From: a phage
Length of the DNA stretch: 64,000 bases
Assembly (NCBI GenBank): GCA_018027755.1
Contig: GCA_018027755.1_4098.1
Reading direction: 5' to 3' (one strand)
Shown: one piece after another, positions 49,233-58,330 of the stretch
Layout of the letters: every line of letters starts with the position of its first letter
How positions within the stretch are numbered: the stretch's first letter is position 1
Made by a program: the position numbers and the translations under genes
The notes under the pieces: model-generated
Seen by the model: the letters and a program-made list of their open reading frames with translations, nothing else
The model's database searches: none
What the model was told of the DNA's origin: nothing

Positions 49233-50435
49233 CTATTGTTGCCATAACTGCGTTGGCATTAATGTTAGTGTAGTAATACTATAAGTGCCATCAGGCAATC
49301 TACCACCATTACCATTCCAGCCACCACATGCATATAATTTATAATCTTTAGTAATTATTATGGTTCTGCTCCAATCTTTAGATGCCATAAGAACATTGTC
49401 ATAACCACCACTTATTGCATTAAGATTAAAAATATTCCAAGTCCTAACTAATGTATTAGTTCCATTACCTTCTTGACCGTATCCGTTAGCACCACTACTT
49501 CTAACATATGGTGCGTATTGTGCCATAGGTGCACCAATTGATGCATTTCCCATATTACTTGGACAAATAAAAGTACTGTACTTACTTACATCAACCGTGA
49601 CCGATGTGTTCCTAATTGGTGTTAGCTGATTTACCGATGTAGTCGTACCATTACCAGCTTGTCCAGTACTGTTAGCCCCGCTATAATATACAGGCCCACC
49701 AGTAGTAAACCACCAAGTAACATCGTATGTAGTACTAATATGTTCGACATCACTCATCACATATTTGTTCAAATATATCATAGAACTAGCACCACAACCA
49801 CTTTCACCGAAGTTATCCTTACCACAAAACCATGCCTTTTTATTTGATTTAATATAGTGCGTTCCTTGTAATGAACATGCCATATGTGTAACTTCACCCA
49901 TATTAGTCATAACTGTTAGTGTAGGTATGGAATTTTGATTACCAGACCCACATTCACCATTGGTATTTCTTCCACACGCAATTACTCTACCATCGGTTAA
50001 TAATATTCTAGTACTTTCACCTATATATACACTCTTGATCATATTAGCCATAACACCAATTTTATTAAATGAAGCAGTAACATCAGTCCATGTTCTCAAA
50101 TAACCATTAACAGGTGTTGCATCTCCATAATCAGAAAATGCACCAACCGACCCAGTGTAGTATATTTTATTATCCAAATCAATCATCAATGAACCTTGAA
50201 CACCAAGCCAAAAGGCTGCACATCGCGTTGCAAGTACTGTAAATGACGCAACTGCTGCTGAATTCCCAAGACCAAATTGATAAAAGTTATTACTACCATA
50301 ACCATATAAAGTATTAGTTGGGCTATGTAGATACATACAGTTTGTATAATGTTGTTGTAAAACATCTGAGAACTCTACAGGTTCTGGACCTGGTGCAATA
50401 TTTGCGTACTTAACCATTCGTGCAAAAGGTAACAT
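49233..50435 (-). CDS. RCC1-like beta-propeller repeat protein, MLPF-family paralog (400 aa)
   Basis: MLPFARMVKYAN; motifs YGYGSNNFYQFGLGN and YSGANSTGQAGNGTT. Confidence 0.8.
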   Translation of the reverse strand: MLPFARMVKYANIAPGPEPVEFSDVLQQHYTNCMYLHSPTNTLYGYGSNNFYQFGLGNSAAVASFTVLATRCAAFWLGVQGSLMIDLDNKIYYTGSVGAFSDYGDATPVNGYLRTWTDVTASFNKIGVMANMIKSVYIGESTRILLTDGRVIACGRNTNGECGSGNQNSIPTLTVMTNMGEVTHMACSLQGTHYIKSNKKAWFCGKDNFGESGCGASSMIYLNKYVMSDVEHISTTYDVTWWFTTGGPVYYSGANSTGQAGNGTTTSVNQLTPIRNTSVTVDVSKYSTFICPSNMGNASIGAPMAQYAPYVRSSGANGYGQEGNGTNTLVRTWNIFNLNAISGGYDNVLMASKDWSRTIIITKDYKLYACGGWNGNGGRLPDGTYSITTLTLMPTQLWQQ

Positions 50436-50481
50436 ATTTCCCTCCTTTATTCATTATACTATATTTAATACAAAAAGAAAT

Positions 50482-50500
50482 GCCAGTATCAAGTACTGGC
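50482..50500 (-). terminator. junction terminator hairpin
   Basis: gccagtacttgatactggc. Confidence 0.6.
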
Positions 50501-50507
50501 ATAGTAT

Positions 50508-51635
50508 TCAAAAAGGTAAATCAATTTGCTTAGTAATAATAGTATCTAACGGTATTGAACACAATGAGAAATTCTTTCCACCCGTATTTTTAGGATTATA
50601 TCCATTCATCCATACATTATTACCTTCGTAAAATGTATTCCAGTATAAAGACCCACTATATCGTGTATTCGAATTGAACGATGTAAAATTGAATTCTTGA
50701 AATGCTGTAAAATATGGAAGGGAACTTGAACTACTTCCCGTAAATGGGGTATGCCCAGTTGCTATTAGTTTGTTTGTATCTGCATTAATTAAAAATACAA
50801 CACTAGTCGAATAGTCCAACGAATCAGGATGATATATATTACTCATATCACCTATAGTAAAACCAACATCAAAAACTTTACTATGTGCACCACTACCAGC
50901 AAAAGTAGTTCCAGTTGCATATATTTTATTATCAGATGTTATCATTACAAAACCAACACCAGAAACAAAACTGCATTTTATATCATAAGATATATCATCA
51001 AACAACGGAACAAATGTGGTTGCATCACCCGATGTTGCTTTAACTTGAAAGCTGTTATTTGAACCTGAACCATATACAGTTCCATCGTTTTTAATCTTAA
51101 ACAATGTATCGCCAAGGTAACCGCCAAATATATTATCCACATTAGTGTCAAGTACAGTCCACGCTGAAACATAATTTTTATGTCCTAAACCTAATGCACC
51201 ACTTCGATTCCATCCTCTTCCATAAAGTGTTCCGTCTTTCATTAATATAAATGCTGTATAACCACATAACATTTTTTTAATTTGGGTAACATCTATACCA
51301 GTGAAATACACAGCCCAGTCAGTATATCCTTGTTGGAAAGTATTAGAATTCGTGAATGCATATGTTGAACCTGAACCATATATTTTATCACCTTTAATAA
51401 CAACGGAAAACGATCCTAACCATAAGTCATCAACTTCAGTTGTGATTTGTTGAACTGCTCCTAACGATACAAACTTTGTACTTAAACCCGCATTATAGTT
51501 TGAATCTTCACCGTGTGCATATACAGTGCCATCTTGCATTAGAAACATTTCAAGAGTGTAACTAACAACACTTTTCTTTATATTATTAACTTCGATTATA
51601 TTCCCATAATCAAACATTCTAACAAAAGGTAACAT
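50508..51635 (-). CDS. MLPF-family paralog (375 aa), Gly/Ser/Thr/Asn/Tyr-rich
   Basis: MLPFVRMFDYGN; weaker RCC1-like motifs. Confidence 0.7.
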   Translation of the reverse strand: MLPFVRMFDYGNIIEVNNIKKSVVSYTLEMFLMQDGTVYAHGEDSNYNAGLSTKFVSLGAVQQITTEVDDLWLGSFSVVIKGDKIYGSGSTYAFTNSNTFQQGYTDWAVYFTGIDVTQIKKMLCGYTAFILMKDGTLYGRGWNRSGALGLGHKNYVSAWTVLDTNVDNIFGGYLGDTLFKIKNDGTVYGSGSNNSFQVKATSGDATTFVPLFDDISYDIKCSFVSGVGFVMITSDNKIYATGTTFAGSGAHSKVFDVGFTIGDMSNIYHPDSLDYSTSVVFLINADTNKLIATGHTPFTGSSSSSLPYFTAFQEFNFTSFNSNTRYSGSLYWNTFYEGNNVWMNGYNPKNTGGKNFSLCSIPLDTIITKQIDLPF

Positions 51636-51707
51636 AATTCCCTCCTTTATTCATTATACTTTATTTAATACAAATAAGAATTCCTGTATCGAGTACTGGC
51701 ATTCAAT

Positions 51708-52856
51708 TTATTGTAAAAAGGACATATCTACTTCTGTATAACTAAGAATGTTTTGACCAGCAATTCCACCCATTACTACTATTGCATACCCACAATAATA
51801 TAATTTCCCAGTGTCCGTAAGTATAAGTGAACCAGAAGGTGTTCTTACCAAATTACACGAACTATTAAAAGAAGTATACGAAGGAGTATAGGAGTACTGA
51901 TTAATATTATTACCAACACCTAATTGACCACCCCTATTCGAACCAGATGCATAAAGTACTTCATCTGCTTTGACAATATGTGATGCCATGTTAGCAACAC
52001 ATGCATATACACCATATACCCCTGTACTCAATAATGTAGGAGTCTTGTATTGAATATCAGTACTAGTAGATGTTCCACCTGTGCCAAATTCATTACCATA
52101 TTGTGCTCCGTACTGCTTCCCACATGCGTACAAATTATTATCCGATTTGATAAAAAATGTACTCTGATAACTTACATCAAAATCTATAACATCCGAAGAA
52201 ATCATCGTTACCCCAGTAATCGAAGTTTGATTACCAGTACCCAACTGGTAGTAATAGTTAAAACCACAACCCCATAAAGTATTATCTTCTCGCAAATAAA
52301 TGTTACCAACAGCCTTTTTAACAGATGTTATAGTACTGACCTTCTTGAATGTATTAAATGAATCAATGTTAGTACCATCTCCAAAGGAGGATATGTTCGA
52401 TGCGTTATTAGCACCACAACAATATAATGTCCCATCCTTCAGTACTAAATTTACCTTCATATCATTAAAACTGCTCATGTACTCAATATCAGATACACTA
52501 ATACCACCTGATGTTATCCACGTAGTACAGTCCGTCCATAACGTCTTCCTATCAGTTACCCCAGTAAATGCCTTCGTGTTACCAGTGATAAACACTTTAC
52601 CAGTACCCTTTTCTTCATACAATTGACAATCACTACTGTTATCTTCCAATAAAACCCTCTGTACATTCTCTGCACAAAGAATAAATTTACTCGAAGCTAC
52701 TCCTGTACCAGTACCCCAATTCGTCGCAGAAGATGCATACAACTTGTGTGTTAGTGTATCATGCAAATACATAGAACCACTAGAATATATTTTAAAACGC
52801 CCTTCTTTCTCAGGTATAATATTCCCATAATCAAACATTCTAACAAAAGGTAACAT
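51708..52856 (-). CDS. MLPF-family paralog, Gly/Ser/Thr/Asn/Tyr-rich
   Basis: Start at MLPFVRMFDYGN (52856); first gene of the minus-strand array. Confidence 0.7.
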   Translation of the reverse strand: MLPFVRMFDYGNIIPEKEGRFKIYSSGSMYLHDTLTHKLYASSATNWGTGTGVASSKFILCAENVQRVLLEDNSSDCQLYEEKGTGKVFITGNTKAFTGVTDRKTLWTDCTTWITSGGISVSDIEYMSSFNDMKVNLVLKDGTLYCCGANNASNISSFGDGTNIDSFNTFKKVSTITSVKKAVGNIYLREDNTLWGCGFNYYYQLGTGNQTSITGVTMISSDVIDFDVSYQSTFFIKSDNNLYACGKQYGAQYGNEFGTGGTSTSTDIQYKTPTLLSTGVYGVYACVANMASHIVKADEVLYASGSNRGGQLGVGNNINQYSYTPSYTSFNSSCNLVRTPSGSLILTDTGKLYYCGYAIVVMGGIAGQNILSYTEVDMSFLQ

Positions 52857-52904
52857 ATTTCCTCCTTTATTCATTATATCATATTTACCCCATAAACAAA
52901 ACCC

Positions 52905-52933
52905 TTGACAACCTTCCAGTACTGATGTACTAT
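52905..52933 (+). promoter_or_regulatory. sigma70-type promoter for the small-ORF array
   Basis: ttgacaaccttccagtactgatgtactat then AAGGAG SD and the first array gene. Confidence 0.5.
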
Positions 52934-52958
52934 AGAAGGAATATAAGGAGAACTACAC

Positions 52959-53186
52959 ATGACAAATACTCTTAAGTACTACCTCAATACTCTAAATGAA
53001 CTAGAGTACGCGAAGTTTCTCGCGGATAGTTCGTGGCTAATTGAGCTAAAAACACATAACAGTACTGGATGTAACCTAATGCTGAACAATGCACTTGATA
53101 CCCTTGTAGTGAGTATTTTACACAGCAACATCTGCGGGGATAGAAACAAACAATTATCAAAAATCTTAGTACTGCTATCTATATGA
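52959..53186 (+). CDS. small-ORF array member
   Basis: First member; has AAGGAG SD; C-terminal hydrophobic tail. Confidence 0.55.
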   Translation: MTNTLKYYLNTLNELEYAKFLADSSWLIELKTHNSTGCNLMLNNALDTLVVSILHSNICGDRNKQLSKILVLLSI

Positions 53187-53386
53187 ATATCGAACAGTAC
53201 TACATCGATGCACTACCAACAAAAGGTCTACGTGAAAGCCTACTGCATACACAAACTAATTTCAAACACCTCAAACGTAGCCCTAAACTCCTGAACTCGT
53301 ACAGGAATAATAACATAAGAAATGCTTTACAAGGGGTAGAATGTATGCAATACTATTACATCCTTACCCTATTAATCGAGTACTAA
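53183..53386 (+). CDS. small-ORF array member
   Basis: ATGA overlap with previous gene. Confidence 0.55.
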   Translation: MNIEQYYIDALPTKGLRESLLHTQTNFKHLKRSPKLLNSYRNNNIRNALQGVECMQYYYILTLLIEY

Positions 53387-53387
53387 T

Positions 53388-53597
53388 ATGAATACTGAAC
53401 ATAAAGAATTCTACACCAAATACCTTAGCAACGAAGAACAATTGTTTCTAAGGAGTGTATCACCTGTAAGTACCAATACTCAATTCGGTAGAGATTGCTT
53501 TAATAATTGTATACGTAGTACTCTAGAAGCAATCGAATGCAATAACAAAAATATTATGTACTCAGGTTTAATAGGACTAATATATTTCTATGAATAA
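53388..53597 (+). CDS. small-ORF array member
   Basis: MNTEHKEFY...LIGLIYFYE; near-paralog of 56340. Confidence 0.6.
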   Translation: MNTEHKEFYTKYLSNEEQLFLRSVSPVSTNTQFGRDCFNNCIRSTLEAIECNNKNIMYSGLIGLIYFYE

Positions 53598-53784
53598 TCA
53601 TAAAGATTTCTATTGTAGTAAACTACCCAAACAAGAACAGCTATCATTCTCTTTAGCACCACCTATGAGAAAGGATAATCTGTATTATAATTACGATTTC
53701 AGGATGGTGACACGTTATGCAATAGAACATCAGTTCCCTGAAACTAAGTACCGCTCTATCCTGAACCTCATCTTTAAGTTCTAA
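53590..53784 (+). CDS. small-ORF array member
   Basis: MNNHKDFY...LNLIFKF. Confidence 0.55.
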   Translation: MNNHKDFYCSKLPKQEQLSFSLAPPMRKDNLYYNYDFRMVTRYAIEHQFPETKYRSILNLIFKF

Positions 53785-53836
53785 AAGGTACACCAGGGAC
53801 CGAGTACTTTAATATAGTAAGGCTAATTACATTATA

Positions 53837-54022
53837 ATGAATCATATAAGCTACTACTACCAACAACTATCCGACAGAGACAAGTACAGTCACAACTCCC
53901 ATGTGTGGTACTACAAACGCGGCAGTATAAGAGACAAACAACATTACTTCTGTATTTCTATTAAAGAAGCACTGACAACTAAGTACACGTACCGAGCAGT
54001 ACTTAAACTAATCTCTATTTGA
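53837..54022 (+). CDS. small-ORF array member (..VLKLISI subfamily)
   Basis: Conserved C-terminus shared with 54031, 54225 and 54413. Confidence 0.55.
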   Translation: MNHISYYYQQLSDRDKYSHNSHVWYYKRGSIRDKQHYFCISIKEALTTKYTYRAVLKLISI

Positions 54023-54030
54023 GGTAATAT

Positions 54031-54216
54031 ATGAATACATTTGAGTACTATACCAATAAACTATCTATGCCTGAAAGATCTCATCTCTATGTGTGGAGAA
54101 ATGCGTATAAAAGCGGCAATAAACTTATACAAAGAAATTCCCTTACAGTGTGTACAAATTTAATTAAAGCAGAGTACCGCACATATATTGAAGTACTGAA
54201 GCTGATAGCAATCTAA
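54031..54216 (+). CDS. small-ORF array member (..VLKLIAI subfamily)
   Basis: ORF in track. Confidence 0.55.
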   Translation: MNTFEYYTNKLSMPERSHLYVWRNAYKSGNKLIQRNSLTVCTNLIKAEYRTYIEVLKLIAI

Positions 54217-54224
54217 GGTACTCT

Positions 54225-54404
54225 ATGCAAGAATTCTATATCTATAACCTCCAGCACAAAGATAGATACAACTATAATAAATTCCAAAGGTACTACACAG
54301 TCGGGAACAAAAGAGATAAAAAACGATACTTTCTATCATGTACAGTAGAAGCACAAAACGAAAAGTACACGTACAGAGAAGTACTGAAACTCATCTCTAT
54401 GTAA
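54225..54404 (+). CDS. small-ORF array member (59 aa)
   Basis: Hand-translated MQEFYIYNLQ...REVLKLISM; below the track cutoff. Confidence 0.5.
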   Translation: MQEFYIYNLQHKDRYNYNKFQRYYTVGNKRDKKRYFLSCTVEAQNEKYTYREVLKLISM

Positions 54405-54412
54405 GGAATAAT

Positions 54413-54592
54413 ATGCAAGAATACTATATAGAACACATAAGCATTAAAGACCGTTTCATGTACGACACCTTCGTGAAGTACTACAACCTGGCAACTAACA
54501 GTACTAAAAATATTAATCTCAATAGCTGCATTCATCACGCACTAACAAAAGATAATCCCTTCAGGGAAATCCTCGCACTAGCATCTGTATAA
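54413..54592 (+). CDS. small-ORF array member
   Basis: Track ORF 54338..54592 trimmed to the family-type start MQEYYIEH. Confidence 0.5.
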   Translation: MQEYYIEHISIKDRFMYDTFVKYYNLATNSTKNINLNSCIHHALTKDNPFREILALASV

Positions 54593-54602
54593 AGGAAACC
54601 AA

Positions 54603-55262
54603 ATGAAACTTAATGCACACAGCAAACAATACCTTAAGCACTTTAAGTACCTCAACAGTATTCAAGCAGAATCTTTTACACCAGCATATACGTATCACCC
54701 TAATGTACTAAAGAAACGAAATAAAAAGAAAAAATCCAGAAATGTTCTCGTATCTAAGAACCTCAAATCGTACTTGAAGAAAAATAATATAGCTCTTGCT
54801 TTTATTAATATCTATAATACTGATTTAAAAGTATTGAGTACTAATACCAGCACAAAAGCACTAAAGAATGCATCTATCTATATACACATGGATAATATCC
54901 CGTGCACTATAATTCTATCTTTCGGGAATGTATACTTCTTCGGGAATTGTAATAGCACCCATGATATCAGTACTGCACAATTCCAAATCGGAGATATGTA
55001 CTGCATGGGTTCAGAAAAAATACACGATAACATGCACTTCTTCCAAAAGCAACGTACTAACGAAACTGATACAGTACTGCAATTCCTCAAAGAATTACAA
55101 AACAAAGAATTATCCGAGGAAGAAGAATTCATGTACAGTACTGTAATCGATAATCCAGAACTCTATAAAAACGCGTACAAACTAACAAAACATGTACAGG
55201 AACTTATCAGTACTGATAAGAAATTTCATCACCTCATTACGTATATTTCAAACTATGTATAA
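54603..55262 (+). CDS. hypothetical protein (219 aa) embedded in the small-ORF array
   Basis: Larger ORF unrelated to the array family; SD AAAGGAAACCAA upstream. Confidence 0.55.
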   Translation: MKLNAHSKQYLKHFKYLNSIQAESFTPAYTYHPNVLKKRNKKKKSRNVLVSKNLKSYLKKNNIALAFINIYNTDLKVLSTNTSTKALKNASIYIHMDNIPCTIILSFGNVYFFGNCNSTHDISTAQFQIGDMYCMGSEKIHDNMHFFQKQRTNETDTVLQFLKELQNKELSEEEEFMYSTVIDNPELYKNAYKLTKHVQELISTDKKFHHLITYISNYV

Positions 55263-55283
55263 AGAATACTAAAATTATCTATA

Positions 55284-55382
55284 ATGAATTAATGAAAGAA
55301 TGTATTAAAGGTGCTATTAACCCTAAAGATACGTATGACTTGTACTATGCAGTACTAACCCTTGTTTTCACGAAATAACACA
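55284..55382 (+). pseudogene. array-family C-terminal remnant (32 aa)
   Basis: Short ORF ...DLYYAVLTLVFTK resembles only the family C-terminus. Confidence 0.3.
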
Positions 55383-55386
55383 TAAT

Positions 55387-55578
55387 ATGAATAACCACAA
55401 AGAATACTACATAGAGAAACTCCCAATGTATCTCCAACACCTTGTACCAACAGAACCATTGGGTATAGAAAAAAACTACGAAAAAGACTACTTCATTCAG
55501 TGCACTAAATCCTCGATATATATTGAAGACTATAATCGAGTACTGTATCACATCCTTTTACTAATATATAGGTACTAA
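55387..55578 (+). CDS. small-ORF array member
   Basis: MNNHKEYY...LLLIYRY. Confidence 0.6.
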   Translation: MNNHKEYYIEKLPMYLQHLVPTEPLGIEKNYEKDYFIQCTKSSIYIEDYNRVLYHILLLIYRY

Positions 55579-55579
55579 T

Positions 55580-55762
55580 ATGCACAAAGAATACTACACA
55601 CAATTTCTCCCCAGCATTTTTGAACACTACGCCAGATACAAAGTCCCTATGGATAACGATTTGGCAGTACTGGGATTCAATAACTGCATAGAACGAAGTA
55701 TAGAAAATAGTAGTAGTTATGACCAGCTATATAACACTATCCTACTTATATTCAGGTACTAA
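55580..55762 (+). CDS. small-ORF array member
   Basis: MHKEYY...LLIFRY; start 2 nt after previous stop. Confidence 0.6.
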   Translation: MHKEYYTQFLPSIFEHYARYKVPMDNDLAVLGFNNCIERSIENSSSYDQLYNTILLIFRY

Positions 55763-55763
55763 T

Positions 55764-55952
55764 ATGCATAAAGAATACTACACAAAATATTTCCCAATGT
55801 ACCTCAGTACTAATCTATTAGATAAACCTCGCGGTATCAATGCACAAAACGATAAAGTGTACTTTACTATGTGCACTAAAGCATGTATACTAGATTTTGA
55901 CAGCTATCATCGAGTACTGTATCATACCCTGTACCTAGCTTTCGTATTCTAA
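55764..55952 (+). CDS. small-ORF array member
   Basis: Track ORF trimmed to MHKEYYTKYF. Confidence 0.55.
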   Translation: MHKEYYTKYFPMYLSTNLLDKPRGINAQNDKVYFTMCTKACILDFDSYHRVLYHTLYLAFVF

Positions 55953-55961
55953 AAGAACAAT

Positions 55962-56147
55962 ATGCATAAAGAATTCTACTTAAGCCATCTCGATCTAAAC
56001 TCCCAAATGCTTATACCACTAATCCCAATAGATATCAAGGATAAGAAAAATACCGAACAATTCATTTACCATACACAGTGTGCGATCACCCCAAATTACA
56101 TTCCATATGAATTGTACTACATTATCGCCCTAATATATAGGTACTAA
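55962..56147 (+). CDS. small-ORF array member
   Basis: MHKEFY...ALIYRY. Confidence 0.6.
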   Translation: MHKEFYLSHLDLNSQMLIPLIPIDIKDKKNTEQFIYHTQCAITPNYIPYELYYIIALIYRY

Positions 56148-56148
56148 T

Positions 56149-56334
56149 ATGCATAGAGAATACTACACACAATTTGTTAAAGGGAACTACAAACATGCCG
56201 TACCCAGAACCCCTTTAAATTCTCATGACCCAAGTACTATATTCTTGTTTAATGACGCAATACGTACAGTACTCAATACTAAAGATGAAGATGTGCAGTA
56301 CGTATTCTTACTATTACTTATATACAGACACTAA
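56149..56334 (+). CDS. small-ORF array member
   Basis: MHREYY...LLLIYRH. Confidence 0.6.
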   Translation: MHREYYTQFVKGNYKHAVPRTPLNSHDPSTIFLFNDAIRTVLNTKDEDVQYVFLLLLIYRH

Positions 56335-56339
56335 CTAAT

Positions 56340-56549
56340 ATGAATAAAGAACATAAAGAATTCTACTCCAAATACATAAGCCCCTCAGAACAAATGTTTC
56401 TAAGAACTACTCCACCTTTAAGTACTAATACATTTTTCGGCAGAGTATGCTACAATAATTGTATTCAAATGACTTTAAACGCAAACGAAGATGGTAACAG
56501 TACTAACCTGTACTCAGGTATCATAGGTATACTATTCCTGTATGAATAA
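56340..56549 (+). CDS. small-ORF array member
   Basis: MNKEHKEFY...GILFLYE. Confidence 0.6.
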   Translation: MNKEHKEFYSKYISPSEQMFLRTTPPLSTNTFFGRVCYNNCIQMTLNANEDGNSTNLYSGIIGILFLYE

Positions 56550-56730
56550 TTTCAAAGACTTCTATTTGAATACACTACCTACTGTACTTTCTCTAAGTGC
56601 TCAATGTAAAATCCCGCTGGATAATGCTTACGCCAGATATAGCTATTCCATAACTGTTAATCGATGTATAGAGAATCATTGCAGTACTAACCAGTACTAT
56701 AACATAATCCTACTTATATTCAGGTACTAA
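56542..56730 (+). CDS. small-ORF array member
   Basis: MNNFKDFY...LLIFRY. Confidence 0.6.
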   Translation: MNNFKDFYLNTLPTVLSLSAQCKIPLDNAYARYSYSITVNRCIENHCSTNQYYNIILLIFRY

Positions 56731-56731
56731 T

Positions 56732-56914
56732 ATGAATAAAGAACATAAAGAATTCTATATACGAAAACTAACATTCGTCCCCGTAAGAATATATAAAGAA
56801 TGCGACCCAAGATTATACCTATGGCACTTCAATGAGTGCATAAAAGATTCTATATACCATAAGAACTATAAAGAACAATTGTGCTCAGTACTAACACTAG
56901 TACTATCATATTAA
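56732..56914 (+). CDS. small-ORF array member
   Basis: MNKEHKEFY...LVLSY. Confidence 0.6.
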   Translation: MNKEHKEFYIRKLTFVPVRIYKECDPRLYLWHFNECIKDSIYHKNYKEQLCSVLTLVLSY

Positions 56915-56929
56915 TTAATAGAGAATACT

Positions 56930-57121
56930 ATGTATAAAAACTTCTATATAAGTAAACTAAAAGAAAATGAACAAGTATGGATTAGATCTATAATTCCACT
57001 GGCATTTAATAGATATGCATTTAACAGATGTACCGAGATTGCTATAGACCCTTATAATATTAAAGAGAATGTACAGTATAATCAGTACTACTATATCTTA
57101 ATGCTTATATATAGAAAGTAA
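56930..57121 (+). CDS. small-ORF array member
   Basis: MYKNFY...MLIYRK; last member. Confidence 0.55.
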   Translation: MYKNFYISKLKENEQVWIRSIIPLAFNRYAFNRCTEIAIDPYNIKENVQYNQYYYILMLIYRK

Positions 57122-57759
57122 TTAAACACATAGAGACAGGGGAAGCTCCTAGTGAACAACCTTTATGTACAGGCGAATTGTTAAAATTCAGCCTGGACAA
57201 ATGCGATCACTAGGATTCTCCCCAGGCTAAACCCCGTAATCATAGGTAGTCATAAGTAATCATATATAAACATTTATATGAGCACCGTAGAATCACAGAA
57301 TGATTATATATGATTCAGTACTGATTAGTATAGACAAGATTGCTCAAGAATGCACGGAAATGTGTGTGAATGATTCAGTACTGATATCCCACTAAGTAGG
57401 CAGAGGAAGTCTGCCGTACTTTGTAGTTTCCAAGCTCCTTTTCCATTTTGCAAATTACATCAAATGTAATCAAAAGTAATCACACAATGATTAGTACTGA
57501 ATTATTACTTTCACCTTAATTACAATTACCCTTTTACCCTTCGGGGTAAAATTCCATTACCCCTTGAGGCTCCAGCAAAAAGTTGGTTAGTACTCCATCC
57601 TAAATCTCGATCCTAAAAATTTTGGAGTACCTATGAAATAAAAGTTGGATCTTCGAAAGTTGAAATTTACGTTGGGACGTTTATGATTTGTGGGATATAA
57701 TGATGTTTGTAGTCGGGTAGTTCTCAAGAATATCAGTACTGAATGATGAAAGAAAGCTA

Positions 57760-57788
57760 TTGACTTTATGATTCAGTACTGTATAATG
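57760..57788 (+). promoter_or_regulatory. strong consensus promoter with no downstream ORF
   Basis: ttgactttatgattcagtactgtataat then gttttacat; the next ~1.3 kb has no credible ORF. Confidence 0.5.
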
Positions 57789-58149
57789 TTTTACATAGAG
57801 AGATGAGTTGCCGCAAACAATTCATTCACTCTACTTCCTGTCGTGAGACAGTACAGAAAGATAGTTCCTCCTATGGGTGGTACATCTTTTAGAACCTCTT
57901 TTTTCGTAATATGAACAGTACTGATATTAACAGAATGGTGTCAGTACTGATTTTAATTTAATGCATTATGCCACCAGCACAAGCTGGTGGATTCCCTCTA
58001 ACAGTATTCAGTACTACATGATGGTCTTCATCCTCCTAGGGTAACATAGTGAGGGCTATGATGGCAGTACTGAATACTCCCTTTCAAAAGATAGATCTAT
58101 GGTATAGTACTGACGGATTTTGGGCGTAGTTACCCTGGATGGATTTTGG

Positions 58150-58330
58150 GCGTAGATATGTCTAGCCCTCCAGAAGTCTGGAAGTAAAGATGGCTATCCA
58201 TCTAGACGGCTAAACGGCTAGATTTCTGGATGGCTGGATGGCTGGATGGCTGGATGGCTAGACGTTTGGACGGCTAAACGGCTAGATGGTTACACGTCTG
58301 GAAGTATAGACGGCTAAATCAAAATTTTAT
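58150..58330. repeat. iteron-like tandem repeats
   Basis: GGATGGCT x4 tandem (58231-58262) flanked by two copies of gacggctaaacggctagat, plus repeated ttttgggcgta. Confidence 0.6.

Noticed and set aside
43555-52874. N-terminal extensions in the ORF track (MNKGG..., MATIGG..., MILAFLFCIKYSIMNKGG...) on several array genes
   Set aside because: The extensions translate the conserved promoter/RBS (tataATGaataaaggagg) as codons. The conserved ATG-TTA-CCT-TTT (MLPF) at optimal spacing from AAGGAGG is the consistent start across the family.
52959-57121. Possible CRISPR array, because of regular ~190-bp tandem units
   Set aside because: The units are diverged protein-coding paralogs with preserved reading frames, not short identical direct repeats separated by unique spacers; no cas genes are present.
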